Shown one piece after another: positions 10,732 to 21,193 of a stretch of 64,000 nucleotides of DNA. Every line of letters begins with the position of its first letter. Positions within the stretch are counted from its first letter, which is position 1. The position numbers were made by a program, and so were the translations under genes. This DNA comes from an uncultured virus (IMG/VR IMGVR_UViG_3300025296_001443). Taxonomy: Duplodnaviria > Heunggongvirae > Uroviricota > Caudoviricetes. The stretch is taken from IMG/VR virus record IMGVR_UViG_3300025296_001443. The stretch is one strand, 5' to 3'. The notes under the pieces are model-generated. The model saw only the letters and a list, made by a program, of their open reading frames with translations, did no database searches and had not been told where the DNA came from.

Positions 10732-11179
10732 TGACTATAAAAGTTCCTCCTATAACTTTAAAACCTAATTTAATAAAGGCATTGTTTTTTCTCTCAACAT
10801 CTTTACCTTGAAATATCTCACATATAGCAGTAACTTTATTAGCTAATGCATATTCCTTAAATACTATCATTAAAGAACGAAAAATGCTGAATCTTCGATG
10901 TTGTGGATTTACATGTAACCATAAAGTTCTCATAAACTTTTTATCACTATACCATGTTTCATCGACTGTTGCAGCTAATGTTCCTACAATAATATTTTCA
11001 TATTCTACTACTATAACAAAACTATTCTTAATGTAAAATACTATATTTTCTAATGCTTTTTTATTATTGGTGTTTCCAAAGTTAAAAGGAGCCTCTATTA
11101 ACCATGTTTTTAATAGTTCTCTTATTCGAACAGCATCCGAAATCTGTGCTTTTCGTATTTTATATTTATCTTTTTCCAT
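10724..11179 (-). CDS. GNAT-family acetyltransferase
   Basis: IRKAQISD, IVGTL, LHVNPQHRR, KLGFK motifs. Confidence 0.7.
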   Translation of the reverse strand: MEKDKYKIRKAQISDAVRIRELLKTWLIEAPFNFGNTNNKKALENIVFYIKNSFVIVVEYENIIVGTLAATVDETWYSDKKFMRTLWLHVNPQHRRFSIFRSLMIVFKEYALANKVTAICEIFQGKDVERKNNAFIKLGFKVIGGTFIVNG

Positions 11180-13010
11180 CAGCTCTTAAATTAACTCTTA
11201 AAGTTCCAAATCTCCAATTGTCTCCAATTGCTGTATTTTCAATTTTTACATTAGATTGTCTACCACGAATCCTTGTATTAACAAAAGCTGTAGTATTACT
11301 GACAGTTAAAGTTTCACCAGTTTGGCTATTACCATAAGGATAATCTCTAGTAGTTAAAGTAATTATAGCATTTCCTGTCTGATTTTGAAAATCAGGTATT
11401 ACTTTGTTTATAAACATAAATTGTTCTCCATCAGCTAAATCTCCATCACCAGATTGAATATAAGAAGTCAAAGCTGATCCATCATCATCTACTCCATCTT
11501 CCATTCTATAAATTAAACTTCTTCCCGCTGTTAAACCATTAATTTGAGAAAAAGTATTAGCTGTAGCATTAGCTGTATAATCACTAGCTAAAGGATTAAA
11601 TTCAACTCCATTATCTTGATATGTACTTCTATTCATAGTACCAAAATACCAAGAATTTTCTAAATAATTATACATTACATATCTATCATTTTGATCTGAG
11701 GAACTAGAACAATAATACCATATTACTTCAGAGAAATTAGAGTTCTGCGCAGCATAAACTTGAGGATATTGAACTTTATTTATATCATCAAATACATGAT
11801 TTAATACAGGACAAGGTATTTCTTGAACAGCTCCCGCATATCTAAAGAATTGTCCATCGGACATCCAGTAAGCTATATCATCTATTACTATTGCAGCATT
11901 CATACCGACAGCTCCACAATCATTACCTAGTTGTCTAAAACCAAATATAAAAGGTGGACCTATAAAAGACATTGATTGCATAGTAGTATCAGTCCATACT
12001 AGAATAGTTCCTTTAGCAGCTTTTGCACTTCTTATTTCACTTCCACCTGCTATTCTTTGTGATCCCGCTGAATTAGTTACATTAGGACTCCATTGATTAT
12101 AATTTTCTTGATCAGACCAACGAATAAACATTTTATCTTGAGTTGCGGTATCTCCAATAGTTGTTTCTGTACCCAATAAAACTACGTGTCTAGTTTCTGT
12201 TGATATCATTGATAAAGTAGAATTAGTAGGAGCATTAGCAATTAATGTAGCTCTATTACCACTCATTCCACCTGTTAAATCCCATTCGTAAGTAGGACCA
12301 TCTTTTTGAGTAATAATTAAATCTTCTCCCCAATTATTTATAGACCACATTCTCATATCTAAAGTTACAATAGAAATACTCCGAGGAGTTCCCCATGTAC
12401 TTGTACTCCAAGTTCCTGCTCCCCAACCATATCCTAATGTTTGAAGACTAGGACCTGTATTTATTTGATAAGTAGCTGTACAATTTCCTGTTGGACCAGC
12501 TGTTGAAGTAGCTGTAGCATTACTTTGAACTATATAAGCATCAACATTAGTAATAGATAAAATTTCATATTCAGCATCTAAAGTTGCAGCTGGAATTCCT
12601 CCAACTGAAGTACTAGCATTAGTTAAAGTTACAAAATCTCCAAGTATAGCTCCATGTGAAATATCTGAAATAGTTACATTAGCACTTGTATTAGTAGTAG
12701 TAAAAGCATTTACTAAACTAGCTGTTTCTCTTATAGGAGTAATATCTTGATTATCACCTGAAGCATAAGTATATACTTTTCTATCAGTTCCTAAAGCTTC
12801 ATATCTAGCTCCATTTAAAGCAAACCATTGTTCTAAAGCTCTTCCTACTCCTACATAATAAGCTGTACTAAATTTATTCCAACCTCCTAATTTTTGAGGA
12901 AGTCCTTTACGAAATCTGATCTTATCTCCGTCAATCCATCTACCTTCTGCGCCGGTTTCTGTATTTTCAGTATCTAATCCAGGTTGAAAATTCAATTTTG
13001 TTAATGGCAT
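11166..13010 (-). CDS. Tail/head-stabilisation (nozzle-like) structural protein
   Basis: 614 aa beta-rich; FIRWSDQEN, AGSQRI, EVIWYY, C-terminal LRADGKR as in podovirus stabilisation proteins. Confidence 0.65.
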   Translation of the reverse strand: MPLTKLNFQPGLDTENTETGAEGRWIDGDKIRFRKGLPQKLGGWNKFSTAYYVGVGRALEQWFALNGARYEALGTDRKVYTYASGDNQDITPIRETASLVNAFTTTNTSANVTISDISHGAILGDFVTLTNASTSVGGIPAATLDAEYEILSITNVDAYIVQSNATATSTAGPTGNCTATYQINTGPSLQTLGYGWGAGTWSTSTWGTPRSISIVTLDMRMWSINNWGEDLIITQKDGPTYEWDLTGGMSGNRATLIANAPTNSTLSMISTETRHVVLLGTETTIGDTATQDKMFIRWSDQENYNQWSPNVTNSAGSQRIAGGSEIRSAKAAKGTILVWTDTTMQSMSFIGPPFIFGFRQLGNDCGAVGMNAAIVIDDIAYWMSDGQFFRYAGAVQEIPCPVLNHVFDDINKVQYPQVYAAQNSNFSEVIWYYCSSSSDQNDRYVMYNYLENSWYFGTMNRSTYQDNGVEFNPLASDYTANATANTFSQINGLTAGRSLIYRMEDGVDDDGSALTSYIQSGDGDLADGEQFMFINKVIPDFQNQTGNAIITLTTRDYPYGNSQTGETLTVSNTTAFVNTRIRGRQSNVKIENTAIGDNWRFGTLRVNLRADGKR

Positions 13011-13028
13011 AATAACAAAAAGTATATA

Positions 13029-13628
13029 TTATCTAATGGATTTTTCTAGTTTTTTATGTAACCAAGATGGTCCATAAATACGACCTTCATTATCTCGTTT
13101 TCCAGGATATAATTTAAAATTATCATTAAATATTTTATTTACAGCATTTCCTACTCCAATAATATATCTAAAATTAGGATTTAAAAAAGATACATAATCA
13201 TGTCCTCCTATAAAACCTCCTATTTTAAGTTTGGGATACCATACTTCTATTTCTTTAGTAGCATATTCTTCAGTATGTTCACTATCAAAAAATATAAAAT
13301 CTATTGATTTATCTTTATATAATCGAGTAGCTTCTACACTATCTTTATATATAGGATGGATAAATTTAAAAGGTTCTATATTTTTTTTAAATTCTTTAGG
13401 TACATTTTTATTATGTTTATATTCTTCTGTTAAATAAGAGTAGTTATCAATAGTATCTAACTGTATATTTTTATTTTGATTTATAATCTCAACAGCTAAA
13501 AAACAAGTAGATTTTCCTTTCCAAACTCCTACTTCAACAAAGTGAGCATTATCATGAATAGACACCATTTCTGTATATAATTCTTGGAAATCAAACCAAC
13601 CTTGAATTTCTTTATAGAAATGTTTCAT
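13029..13628 (-). CDS. Class I SAM-dependent methyltransferase
   Basis: FVEVGVWKGKS, IDFIFFDSEH, LKIGGFIGGHDY. Confidence 0.85.
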   Translation of the reverse strand: MKHFYKEIQGWFDFQELYTEMVSIHDNAHFVEVGVWKGKSTCFLAVEIINQNKNIQLDTIDNYSYLTEEYKHNKNVPKEFKKNIEPFKFIHPIYKDSVEATRLYKDKSIDFIFFDSEHTEEYATKEIEVWYPKLKIGGFIGGHDYVSFLNPNFRYIIGVGNAVNKIFNDNFKLYPGKRDNEGRIYGPSWLHKKLEKSIR

Positions 13629-14287
13629 TATCTAAATAAAGGTATCACAACGTTTTTCTCTAAAAATTTTTGATTAGCAAAACTCTTATCATAATAAATA
13701 TCCATTGCAATAGTAATTCTAATATCAGGGCCTATATGAGGATCAGTAAAATGAGGTAAATATCCAGGAAAAAAATTTAAAAGACCTGGTTCATTTTTAA
13801 TAATTAATAAAGGTTGGTCACAGATACTATTATAATATGTATTAGTATTATTAGCACTAATACATAAATGTCCACTTATAAATGATTCTTCGCCATTTAA
13901 CAGAGTGTAGTGTCTATGTTTATGTATAATTTCTCCTTCTCTTAAAACATTAAACCAACACATAATGTAAAAATCTTTTATTTCAATACCTGTTCTTTGA
14001 CATAACTGTTTTACATTATCTTGAATAAATTTTTTAATCTTATTAGTATAGTTATGATTAAAATTAAATAAATTAAATTGATTTGATCTAGCAGTAATTC
14101 CGTCAGGTAGATGAGTTAAACCATCATGTTCTGATGGTAATTTTAAAATTTCTTTTTCTTTCTCCAAAAGAAAATTTTTAGTATTAATTAAATCTAAATC
14201 TTTTATTTTATTTTTCCATATCCAAGTAGCTTTATTTAAACCTAAAGGTGTTTTCCATTTAGATTTAAATTCAATTATTTCAAACAT
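13628..14287 (-). CDS. Putative 2OG-Fe(II) oxygenase
   Basis: WFNV...HKHRH, ISGH, FFPGYLPH, RITIAMD. Confidence 0.75.
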   Translation of the reverse strand: MFEIIEFKSKWKTPLGLNKATWIWKNKIKDLDLINTKNFLLEKEKEILKLPSEHDGLTHLPDGITARSNQFNLFNFNHNYTNKIKKFIQDNVKQLCQRTGIEIKDFYIMCWFNVLREGEIIHKHRHYTLLNGEESFISGHLCISANNTNTYYNSICDQPLLIIKNEPGLLNFFPGYLPHFTDPHIGPDIRITIAMDIYYDKSFANQKFLEKNVVIPLFR

Positions 14288-14858
14288 ATTCTATCCACCC
14301 TGTTAAAATATATTTATTATTAGAGATAGGACTATTGCCTCTGTGAGTATGTGTAAACTGCGCAGGCCATATTAATAGTTTACCTTCTTCAGGTTTAATT
14401 TTTATATTTTGATATAAAAATTCAGTTTTTCCTCCTTCTTCTACATCATTTAAATATAACATAAAAGCACATACTCTATCTTTACGTGCAGTATGATCAT
14501 TTTCACAATGCCATTTATGATAACCCTCACCAGGTTTTGTTTTTTGAAGAAGAACATTCCTAATAGAATGCGAATGTAATTCATTTAAAATAGAATATTT
14601 ATTTCTGTAATGAATATAACAATTATCAAACATTTTTTTTAAAAAATTTCCAAGATTTGCATTTAGAGGAAATGAACTATCGTAATATTTTTCCCCTATT
14701 ATATCCACTGTCATATCTTTTGTTTTATAATTATTTCTTTGATGGACATATTTTAAATCTTCTAATATTTTAAAGTATTCTATAAAATTATTACAAAACT
14801 CTTTATCAAAAGCTTGATAAAAAATTCCAATATGATTATCTAAAATTTCTATTTTCAT
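14280..14858 (-). CDS. 2OG-Fe(II) oxygenase, prolyl-4-hydroxylase-like
   Basis: WHCE, MLYLNDVEEGGKTEF, WPAQFTHTHRG, KYILTGW. Confidence 0.9.
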   Translation of the reverse strand: MKIEILDNHIGIFYQAFDKEFCNNFIEYFKILEDLKYVHQRNNYKTKDMTVDIIGEKYYDSSFPLNANLGNFLKKMFDNCYIHYRNKYSILNELHSHSIRNVLLQKTKPGEGYHKWHCENDHTARKDRVCAFMLYLNDVEEGGKTEFLYQNIKIKPEEGKLLIWPAQFTHTHRGNSPISNNKYILTGWIEYV

Positions 14859-15480
14859 TTAATCCAAACAGTAATGTATAACTTATTCTACGCTTATTTA
14901 ATTGTTTTTTAACAGCTATTTTATCTGACTTATGTAAATACATCCCATTAAAAAATACAGCTCTATTATTCTTATAATTAACTTTAACTGGTTCAATTTT
15001 TTTATCTTCTAAATATTTTAGAACTTTTTCATGATTACCATTCCAATCTTTTCGCTCCCAACCTGAAGGTGGAAAAATTTCGTAAATAATTAATCCATTT
15101 AATTTTGGATCTGTAGATATATCGTCATCTGATACCCACACATTTAAATTAATAAGTGAAGGATCTGAATGTAATCTTACTCCATTACTGTTATTTGCAT
15201 ATATAAAACTCCATCCTCTTTTAAATTCTGGTAATATTTTTATTTTTTGTTTTAAATTTTTAACAATTAAATCAGTAATAGAATCAGTCTCAGGAAGATA
15301 GTTTATAGCTTGATATTTTTTTTCTCCATAGTAATCATGAAATTTTGATTCATAAAGCATTCTGTTTTTTAAAGTAAATAATGTAGCTTGAGTAAAGAAA
15401 TTATCAACTACAGTTATTTGATTATTTTCTAAAGATTTATTAATTATATCCCAATCATTTCTAGATTTTAAAGCGTTCAT
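14836..15480 (-). CDS. 2OG-Fe(II) oxygenase-like protein
   Basis: HSD, NRAVFF...LHKSD, RRISYTLLF. Confidence 0.7.
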   Translation of the reverse strand: MNALKSRNDWDIINKSLENNQITVVDNFFTQATLFTLKNRMLYESKFHDYYGEKKYQAINYLPETDSITDLIVKNLKQKIKILPEFKRGWSFIYANNSNGVRLHSDPSLINLNVWVSDDDISTDPKLNGLIIYEIFPPSGWERKDWNGNHEKVLKYLEDKKIEPVKVNYKNNRAVFFNGMYLHKSDKIAVKKQLNKRRISYTLLFGLNENRNFR

Positions 15481-16124
15481 TTTCCTTCTTTAAAGTCTGA
15501 AGGAAGTCCTAAATGAGGTCGAGTATCATATTTATTTGTTTCAGAATCAGGGGTATTAACATTATTGTAATGTAAAAAAACTTGTCCACAATGTTCTCCT
15601 TCAAATGCTTCCCTCCAATGCTCCAATAATTCTCCTTTATAGATCAACATATCTCCCGGGTTTAATTCTATTTTAATACCAGGATTATTTCCAGGTTTAT
15701 ATTCCCCTTCTCCTGCCAAACCTGGGTTGGGGTCTAAATAAATAGCCCATAATTCACCTCCAAGATTCATAGTAGTTGATATCTCACAACTAAATCTGTC
15801 TTTGTGTCTTTTTAATATATCACCTTTTTTATATATTCTTGCATAAGAATAAGTAGGTATTAATTCTAATTCAGTTTCTTTTTTCATAATAGGTAACATT
15901 CTTTCTAATAATGTTTCCATAGCAATATCAGCATAATAAGAATATGTTTCTGGAACTTGTTGATCATTCCATACTCCCCAATCAGTATTATAAGGAGATA
16001 TATATTTAGTATCATAAAAGGTTCTAGCAACCTGTCTTTTCATTAAAAAATATTTATAAATAAAATCTGCTAATTCTGGAGAAATAGCTTGTTTTAATAC
16101 TTTATAATTTTTTTCTTTAAACAT
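15477..16124 (-). CDS. 2OG-Fe(II) oxygenase-like protein
   Basis: PTYSYARIY..GDILKRHKDRFSCEIS, EHWRE, QVFLHYN. Confidence 0.8.
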   Translation of the reverse strand: MFKEKNYKVLKQAISPELADFIYKYFLMKRQVARTFYDTKYISPYNTDWGVWNDQQVPETYSYYADIAMETLLERMLPIMKKETELELIPTYSYARIYKKGDILKRHKDRFSCEISTTMNLGGELWAIYLDPNPGLAGEGEYKPGNNPGIKIELNPGDMLIYKGELLEHWREAFEGEHCGQVFLHYNNVNTPDSETNKYDTRPHLGLPSDFKEGK

Positions 16125-16759
16125 TATTTAAAAGGTTCTCCTAAATGCCATACAACCAAAGAATATCTATTTCCCGAAGTTACTGGTTTAACTCTATGCC
16201 AAATAAAAGAAGGAAAAACAATTATAGTTCCTCTCTTTTCAGTATGAGGACATATATCTGAAGGATTTGGATCATCTTTATTTCTATATTGAAATTCAAG
16301 TTCTCCTCCTTCATAATCTGATTTATCAGAAAGTACACAAATAGTGGATAATTTTCTTATTTTTCCCCTCATCTCTTTTTGTTTATCAGAAGGATAAGGA
16401 ACATTCCAACTATCAGTATGCCAATCATAATATTGATTAAGTTTATATTTAGTAAATTGTGCTGCTTCTGAAAAATTCCATTCAAAATTCCAATGTGCAT
16501 TCATATTGGCTATATGTATATAAGGATGTATTTCTTTATAAATCCATCTTTCATTTAACCATACTATATTTGAATCTCTTTTCTTTTTTAAATGTTTTAA
16601 ATCAGCTTCATTTAAAGGAATTCCTTTATTTGCTTTCTCACTTACTCCACCAATTAAACCAAGACTTTCTTGTTGTAAATTTCCATACTTAATAATATCA
16701 TCACACAATTTAGGAGATAAAGCATTTTCAAAATACCAGTAATAATTAAATAGGTTCAT
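16124..16759 (-). CDS. 2OG-Fe(II) oxygenase (PKHD-type hydroxylase-like)
   Basis: YDWHTD, RKLS, YEGGEL, VFPSFIWHRVKPVTSGNRYSLV. Confidence 0.9.
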   Translation of the reverse strand: MNLFNYYWYFENALSPKLCDDIIKYGNLQQESLGLIGGVSEKANKGIPLNEADLKHLKKKRDSNIVWLNERWIYKEIHPYIHIANMNAHWNFEWNFSEAAQFTKYKLNQYYDWHTDSWNVPYPSDKQKEMRGKIRKLSTICVLSDKSDYEGGELEFQYRNKDDPNPSDICPHTEKRGTIIVFPSFIWHRVKPVTSGNRYSLVVWHLGEPFK

Positions 16760-16825
16760 AAATTATAATATAATTTATACCTTTATATCAAAACAAAAAA
16801 ATTAAAAATTGATCTAAATCAATTA

Positions 16826-17287
16826 CTATACTACTTCACTCCACGAGTTTCCATCATGGAAATATAAACCACCTTCTTTAGTTCCTTCCCATCTTCCTAA
16901 ATCTTCATTCCAACTTTTGTGATACTCTTCCTCTGTAGGTTTAGCTACTGGTGCTTCCCACTCCCATTTATTATCTTCTAAAACCCAAGAAGGAAAAGGT
17001 TTTATTCTAACAAATACATCATTGACTGAATCATATTCTCCACCTGTGTGGGCATATCCTCCTCTAAATGCATTGCTGTATGAAGTTTGTTTCCAATAAG
17101 TCGCTGGATAAGTTCCACCAAGCTCCTCTTTAATATTTTCACATGGATTAATATTATCAGTTACCCAAGTTTCAGCTTGTGCGGATAACTCTCCACCATT
17201 ATTGTCTACATCATTATCTGATATAACAACAATTCTTAAAATTTCATCATTATCTGATCTCATTTCTGCAAATGATGCCATTACCAA
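16826..17287 (-). CDS. Tail-fibre-associated hypothetical protein
   Basis: WKQTSY..FR..YA..G..YD...DVF...KPFPSW..W.APV pattern; follows the Gly-rich fibre gene. Confidence 0.5.
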   Translation of the reverse strand: MVMASFAEMRSDNDEILRIVVISDNDVDNNGGELSAQAETWVTDNINPCENIKEELGGTYPATYWKQTSYSNAFRGGYAHTGGEYDSVNDVFVRIKPFPSWVLEDNKWEWEAPVAKPTEEEYHKSWNEDLGRWEGTKEGGLYFHDGNSWSEVV

Positions 17288-18141
17288 TTACCTGCCATTC
17301 TAGCTTCATATTGAGTGCTTAATTTCCAAACACCTGAAGCTACTAAACCACCTGCTCCTGTTTCAGCTACAATTACAACTCCACTAGCTCCCGGACCTGG
17401 TCCTTCTCCAACTGCTCCATTACCTGTGTTTGCCATTGGGGTTGCTCCTGCCCAGTCACTTGGATTTGCTCTTACTGGATATCCTGCATTTTGCATTGCA
17501 GGTGATGGTATTGGTCCTTTTGGATGACATCCACCTGTTGCATACCATAAGTCTGTTCCTGTAATATCATTAGGTGTTCCTTGTCCACCTCTTGCCCAAT
17601 AAGCAGGGTTTCCATCTGGTGTTCCATCAACTAGTGCTCCTGGAGTTGCTGACCCGCCACCTGCTCCTGGAGTTTCTCCTTGATTTGCACCTGGTGATGC
17701 TCCTGAACCTGGATTACCTTCTGGGGGTGTATAACCTCCAGAGTTTCCTGATCCACCGGATCCACCTCCACCTGGAAAGTGATCAGCTGCTCCTCCACCT
17801 GATCCGCCAGGAATTCCATTTGAGCCTCTACCTCCAGCACCGTTTCCGCCTGCTGATGAAGTATATCCCATTGCACTACTTGTAGAGGATGCTCCTCCAA
17901 CAGTTAAGGGATAAGGGTTTCCACCTGTAACTGGTTGAGTTGCAAAATATCTATAACCGCCTGCTCCTCCACCTCCAGCTTGTCCTCCGGAATTAGCGTT
18001 TCCGCCTCCTCCTACAATTAAAAGTTTAACTACGCTTGTGCCTGGTTGAACTGCAAAACTTGGATTAGAAGAAGTTGCATTTGTAATTAAATCTTCAATT
18101 ACTGGATTATTGTCTGGTCCTATAATTCCACCGTTAGCCAT
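17281..18141 (-). CDS. Glycine-rich tail fibre/receptor-binding protein
   Basis: VGGGG, GGGGAGG, GGSGGG repeats, ANTGNG, GASGVVIV. Confidence 0.65.
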   Translation of the reverse strand: MANGGIIGPDNNPVIEDLITNATSSNPSFAVQPGTSVVKLLIVGGGGNANSGGQAGGGGAGGYRYFATQPVTGGNPYPLTVGGASSTSSAMGYTSSAGGNGAGGRGSNGIPGGSGGGAADHFPGGGGSGGSGNSGGYTPPEGNPGSGASPGANQGETPGAGGGSATPGALVDGTPDGNPAYWARGGQGTPNDITGTDLWYATGGCHPKGPIPSPAMQNAGYPVRANPSDWAGATPMANTGNGAVGEGPGPGASGVVIVAETGAGGLVASGVWKLSTQYEARMAGNW

Positions 18142-18156
18142 AAATTATATAACCTC

Positions 18157-18513
18157 CTAATCTGCAATTACATCATATGATACTAAACATTCTAAATCTG
18201 AGTTAGCGCCTGCGAATGCTTGAACAATATCTGTTTCTTCAAGATAGAACGAACTATTTTTATCAACCACTTGCAAAGTAGCTTGTGCAGGTACAGAAAT
18301 TATATTTGCAATAGCTCTACTATTAGAACCATCATAATAATTTACTGTAACATTAGCTGCATTAGTACCATCTATATTTGATATCATAATAGAATTTATT
18401 TTAAAAACAGTATTCGCTGTAGCTGTTACTAAATTAGCACTTGTTGTAGTTAATGCAAATACATCCGTTTTTCCATTGATAGTTGCAACATTAACTATAT
18501 TTGGGTTTGCCAT
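18157..18513 (-). CDS. Small beta-rich virion protein
   Basis: MANPNIVNV start, Thr/Ala/Asn-rich, in the tail module. Confidence 0.55.
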   Translation of the reverse strand: MANPNIVNVATINGKTDVFALTTTSANLVTATANTVFKINSIMISNIDGTNAANVTVNYYDGSNSRAIANIISVPAQATLQVVDKNSSFYLEETDIVQAFAGANSDLECLVSYDVIAD

Positions 18514-18528
18514 ATTATTATTCTCCTA

Positions 18529-19143
18529 TTAACCAAAAACCATCGCCATAGCGATAGCTTTTCCTGTTGTTATTCCTGCTGTAGCAAAAGATAAAACTTT
18601 ATTTCCATCAGTTGTTAAAGCTTGTCCACTTGTACCATCAGAAGCTGGTAATGTAAAGTAATTTGATGACCCTGCATTACCAATTCCAGTAACATTTAAA
18701 TCACCTAAATCAGCCATTATATCTGCAATCGTAGATCCATCTGAATATACTAATGTTTTTGTTCCTTGTTTAAGAGCTACTCCATTTGCAGCATGACCTG
18801 TATTTGCAAAAGTTAAAGTATATGAACCTGATGTATTATTAAATAAAGTATATTTTGTTTCTTCTGCATCTGTAAAAACATGAATATTTGCTGTTAAGGC
18901 ACCTGTAAATTCTAATACTGCATTATGAACTTGATCATCAGTAGAAGTATCATTTGTGTTAGTTGTAGAATTAGCAGAGGTTAAAGTTACATTTGCATTT
19001 CCTGCAACGTTTGCTGCTTGATAACCTTTTACTGAACAATCAACTCTATTAAAAACATAGTTAACAAGATTACCCCAATTACCTGAGTTTTCTCCTGAAG
19101 CTTGACGTTCTAATTTTAATCGTGCTGTATAACTTGAAGCCAT
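18529..19143 (-). CDS. Tail fibre proximal protein
   Basis: GENSGNWG..N N-terminus; TLPASDGTSGQALTTDG; TGKAIAMAMVFG C-terminus. Confidence 0.6.
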   Translation of the reverse strand: MASSYTARLKLERQASGENSGNWGNLVNYVFNRVDCSVKGYQAANVAGNANVTLTSANSTTNTNDTSTDDQVHNAVLEFTGALTANIHVFTDAEETKYTLFNNTSGSYTLTFANTGHAANGVALKQGTKTLVYSDGSTIADIMADLGDLNVTGIGNAGSSNYFTLPASDGTSGQALTTDGNKVLSFATAGITTGKAIAMAMVFG

Positions 19144-19204
19144 AATTATTTATACCTTATAAGTTTATTTTTGTAAATAATATATATTTGTATTAAATTG
19201 TACA

Positions 19205-20092
19205 CTAAATATTTGTCCATGTATAGGTATTTGAATCATTAATATCGTCCCAAAATCTTAAATTTACAGGAGTAACATTAGCTTGTATTCCAGTCATTTC
19301 TAAAAAGTTATTAGAATCAGGTATAATTGTAGCTAAAGATATAGTCATTCCTTGACCTGTTATATCTAATATTTGTCCTGTACTTATTATAAATGAACTG
19401 ACATTAGCATTAGCATTTATTCCAGTTATAGGAATAATGTTTTCAGTAGTAGTTGTAATAGTAGCTAAATAAGAAGTTAGTTCTTGACCAACTATCTCCA
19501 TTGAGTTAGCAGTTCCAGTTGCAGTAATTCCTAAATTTGCTTCTAAATCAAAACCAGGTGTTACAATAGTTATAGTCCCATGTGCTGCAATAGAATAAGT
19601 TCCTATATGTGTATTTGCTAATAATCCAGTAATAGTACCTGTATTAGCATTTGCAGTAACTGTACTTGATCCTACATTTGCATTAGCAAATTGACCTGAT
19701 AGAGTTATTCCTGCATTTCCAATTATTGCTGAAACAGAATTAATAGCAGTATTAACTTGTTGACCTGTAATTGAAAATAAACTACCATTTCCTGTTAGAA
19801 TATAACCACCAGGAGTGTTCCATCCATCAGAACTCCAAGCTTGTCTACCCCAACCTAAACCTAAATCTATTTCAACAGTTGCTTGTGAACCAGTTACAGT
19901 AACAAAAGCACTAGGTGCAGCATTCCATGTTGCTGAATTCCAAGTTGATCTACCCCAACCAGTATTTATTTGTGCATCTACTGTTATTGAATTTAATGCG
20001 GTATTTGCTAATAAACCTGTAATAGCAGAACCTGAAGCTGAATCACTCCATGAACCTAAATTCCATTGGCCACTATTCCATGTACTTGCCAT
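19205..20092 (-). CDS. Virion structural protein with WG/WN and TG repeats
   Basis: Repeating GWGR..W motifs and ITG spacers; tail module. Confidence 0.5.
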   Translation of the reverse strand: MASTWNSGQWNLGSWSDSASGSAITGLLANTALNSITVDAQINTGWGRSTWNSATWNAAPSAFVTVTGSQATVEIDLGLGWGRQAWSSDGWNTPGGYILTGNGSLFSITGQQVNTAINSVSAIIGNAGITLSGQFANANVGSSTVTANANTGTITGLLANTHIGTYSIAAHGTITIVTPGFDLEANLGITATGTANSMEIVGQELTSYLATITTTTENIIPITGINANANVSSFIISTGQILDITGQGMTISLATIIPDSNNFLEMTGIQANVTPVNLRFWDDINDSNTYTWTNI

Positions 20093-20105
20093 AAGGAGTT
20101 TCTCC

Positions 20106-20531
20106 TTATGCTATTCTAATTAAGCCAGCAGATGAGTTTGCAGTTGGAAACTGTAATTCAAAAGTTCCATTTGTAGAAGTTTTAACTCCTCCAAAATCTA
20201 AAACCGCAATTGCAGAGTTACTGTTATTTGCATTATATAAAAGTGCAGCTTGAGCAGAAATTGTTGCATTTGCAAATGTAACATTATCAGCATCAAAAAT
20301 TGCAGTAGTTCCATCTACAGTAATTGCTACATTAGTTAATGCATTTCCACCTGTAGTATAATTAGTTCCAGATGATGAAATTTCATTCGCAGTAGCATAA
20401 GCAGTTGTGTTTGCTGCTAAAGATGCAGTGTTATCATACAAAGCACATTTCAAAGTAAGTGCTGCAAGGTTTCCACCAGGCGACATTAAGTCTTGTTTGA
20501 ATACAGTAGCTATCGCTTGTGTTATTGCCAT
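20106..20531 (-). CDS. Virion structural protein
   Basis: MAITQAI...YTTGGNAL...ALLYN...VLDFGG...F.LQFP. Confidence 0.55.
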   Translation of the reverse strand: MAITQAIATVFKQDLMSPGGNLAALTLKCALYDNTASLAANTTAYATANEISSSGTNYTTGGNALTNVAITVDGTTAIFDADNVTFANATISAQAALLYNANNSNSAIAVLDFGGVKTSTNGTFELQFPTANSSAGLIRIA

Positions 20532-20533
20532 AT

Positions 20534-21193
20534 TTATTGTCCTCCAGTTAATGTGTTTGTACCAAGAGGGCTACCAGGAAACTTATAATCTGTTCTTCTT
20601 CTTCTACGAGCTTCATTATTTATAGTAGCTACTTGTTCTTTATACAAATTTTTGTATATAGTATAGTCTTCCATGTTCTTTGTAAAGAGATTTGCTTCAG
20701 CTAAACAAGCATAAGTTAATGTACTTGGTATATTTTCAGTATACCAATTTGTAGTATTAGTATTAGATAAAGGATTAATTTTACCTTGATATCCTAATTT
20801 AACTGTATATGCTTGATCTGGAGTGGGAGCTAAATAAACTCGATCATCATCAAAATTAGAAAAATATTTAGGTTGGCCTTGAATTGATATATCAGGCCAA
20901 TATTCTTGACAATATGCTAAAGTTTTCATTTCTAAATAACTTACATTAGAACCTACAGTTATTGATAAATAATTAAATAACATAGGTTCAATAGCAGTAG
21001 GAAGGTTTACCATTCTATCTCCCGCTATTGTAGTTGTAGTTACATTTTCATTAAATCCAATAGGGTCTATATCTCTTGATAAACTTTCAAAAGCATTTTG
21101 AATAAAATTTCCTACTTGATTAGTAAAATCAGTTCCTGTATTTTCAGCCCAAACTTTAATATCATTTTGAAGACTGCTGTATGTCATTGCCAT
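20534..21193 (-). CDS. Head-tail adaptor/tail tubular-like protein
   Basis: GQPKYF, LAPTPD, LTYACLAEA pattern of adaptor proteins. Confidence 0.55.
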   Translation of the reverse strand: MAMTYSSLQNDIKVWAENTGTDFTNQVGNFIQNAFESLSRDIDPIGFNENVTTTTIAGDRMVNLPTAIEPMLFNYLSITVGSNVSYLEMKTLAYCQEYWPDISIQGQPKYFSNFDDDRVYLAPTPDQAYTVKLGYQGKINPLSNTNTTNWYTENIPSTLTYACLAEANLFTKNMEDYTIYKNLYKEQVATINNEARRRRRTDYKFPGSPLGTNTLTGGQ

